A stretch of 64,000 nt of DNA from a virus, in the IMG/VR virus record IMGVR_UViG_3300036832_000974, positions 24,796 through 88,795 of that record; one strand, 5' to 3'. Positions 63,502 through 64,000 of the stretch are shown in pieces. Position numbers and translations under genes: made by a program. The notes under the pieces are model-generated. The model worked only from the letters and a program-made list of their open reading frames with translations, did no database searches and was not told the origin of the DNA. Numbering within the stretch: position 1 is the stretch's first letter; the number at the start of each line of letters is the position of its first letter.

Positions 63502-63872
63502 TCCGCTTTCTCGTCACCGCGGCGTTCATCGCCACCTCGCCCATCGAGGCGCAGGCGCAATACACTCGGACCCACCCATTCGTCACCGGGCCCGAGTTCC
63601 TGAACAACTGCACAGCCAAGGAGCGCGAGCGTCACATTGCCTGCGTCGGTTTCATCGCTGGTGTCACCGACGCCTATCTCAACGCTCAGCAGTTCTGCGT
63701 CCCCGACAACGTATCGCCTAACGCGATCGCGGACTTCGTGATCGAGTACGCACTGCGGATTGCCCGCGACCAGTCCCCGGTCGGCATGATCCTGCTGGCC
63801 CTCAAGGCTAAGTGGCCATGCATCGGCCGCGCCGGCTTCCCGCCGCCATTCCAGTGGCACAACGGGCGATGA
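63498..63872 (+). CDS. Rap1a/Tai-family T6SS amidase immunity-like protein
   Basis: Signal peptide, then TGPEFLNNC...CVGFIAGVTD...FCVP...ALKAKWPC. Confidence 0.8.
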   Translation: MIRFLVTAAFIATSPIEAQAQYTRTHPFVTGPEFLNNCTAKERERHIACVGFIAGVTDAYLNAQQFCVPDNVSPNAIADFVIEYALRIARDQSPVGMILLALKAKWPCIGRAGFPPPFQWHNGR

Positions 63873-63905
63873 CCCGCACGCGGATACGGACATGGGAGGG
63901 ACGAA

Positions 63906-64000
63906 ATGAGCAACGAGGGCCGTCACGAAGTGGTCTCTGTCCGGACAAGGTGGCGCCTCAGGCGACGCGACGACGGCCAGTTGATCGGGTGGTACGACAA
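63906..64000 (+). CDS. Partial hypothetical protein
   Basis: GGAGGG RBS, open to the window edge. Confidence 0.45.
   Translation, partial: MSNEGRHEVVSVRTRWRLRRRDDGQLIGWYD

Overview
The window is a 64 kb piece of a high-GC tailed phage or prophage with a contractile (myovirus) tail, probably infecting Alphaproteobacteria (inferred from GC content, DUF3606/phasin/Rap1a-type cargo and promoter style). Positions 1-57760 are a late operon on the minus strand. In transcription order it runs: terS, small accessory genes, terL, a portal-MuF-GNAT fusion, DUF2213 protease/scaffold, decoration protein, DUF2184 major capsid, head-tail joining genes, P2-like baseplate V/W/J/I, fibres, sheath, two tube paralogues, chaperone, tape measure with peptidoglycan-hydrolase domains, U/X/D. 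It ends in a ~16 kb appendage module: a small fibre subunit, an FkbM-TPR-glycosyltransferase, a 1954-aa double beta-helix spike, two signal-peptide-bearing fibre/depolymerase-like proteins, and a >894-aa repeat protein that the ORF track missed. From ~57800 the coding strand switches to + and carries small early/accessory genes (DUF932, VCH_CASS14-like, XRE HTH, Rap1a-like). No integrase, tRNA, CRISPR array or clear endolysin was seen. The most notable items are (1) an apparent modular appendage system built from shared anchor domains and ~23-aa repeats that recur on the baseplate I protein, with its own glyco-modifying enzyme and Sec-exported members; (2) a portal polyprotein carrying MuF and a GNAT effector, with candidate Asp cleavage sites; (3) dispersed candidate anti-defence sponge genes. 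All family assignments are from motif recognition by eye, not database searches.
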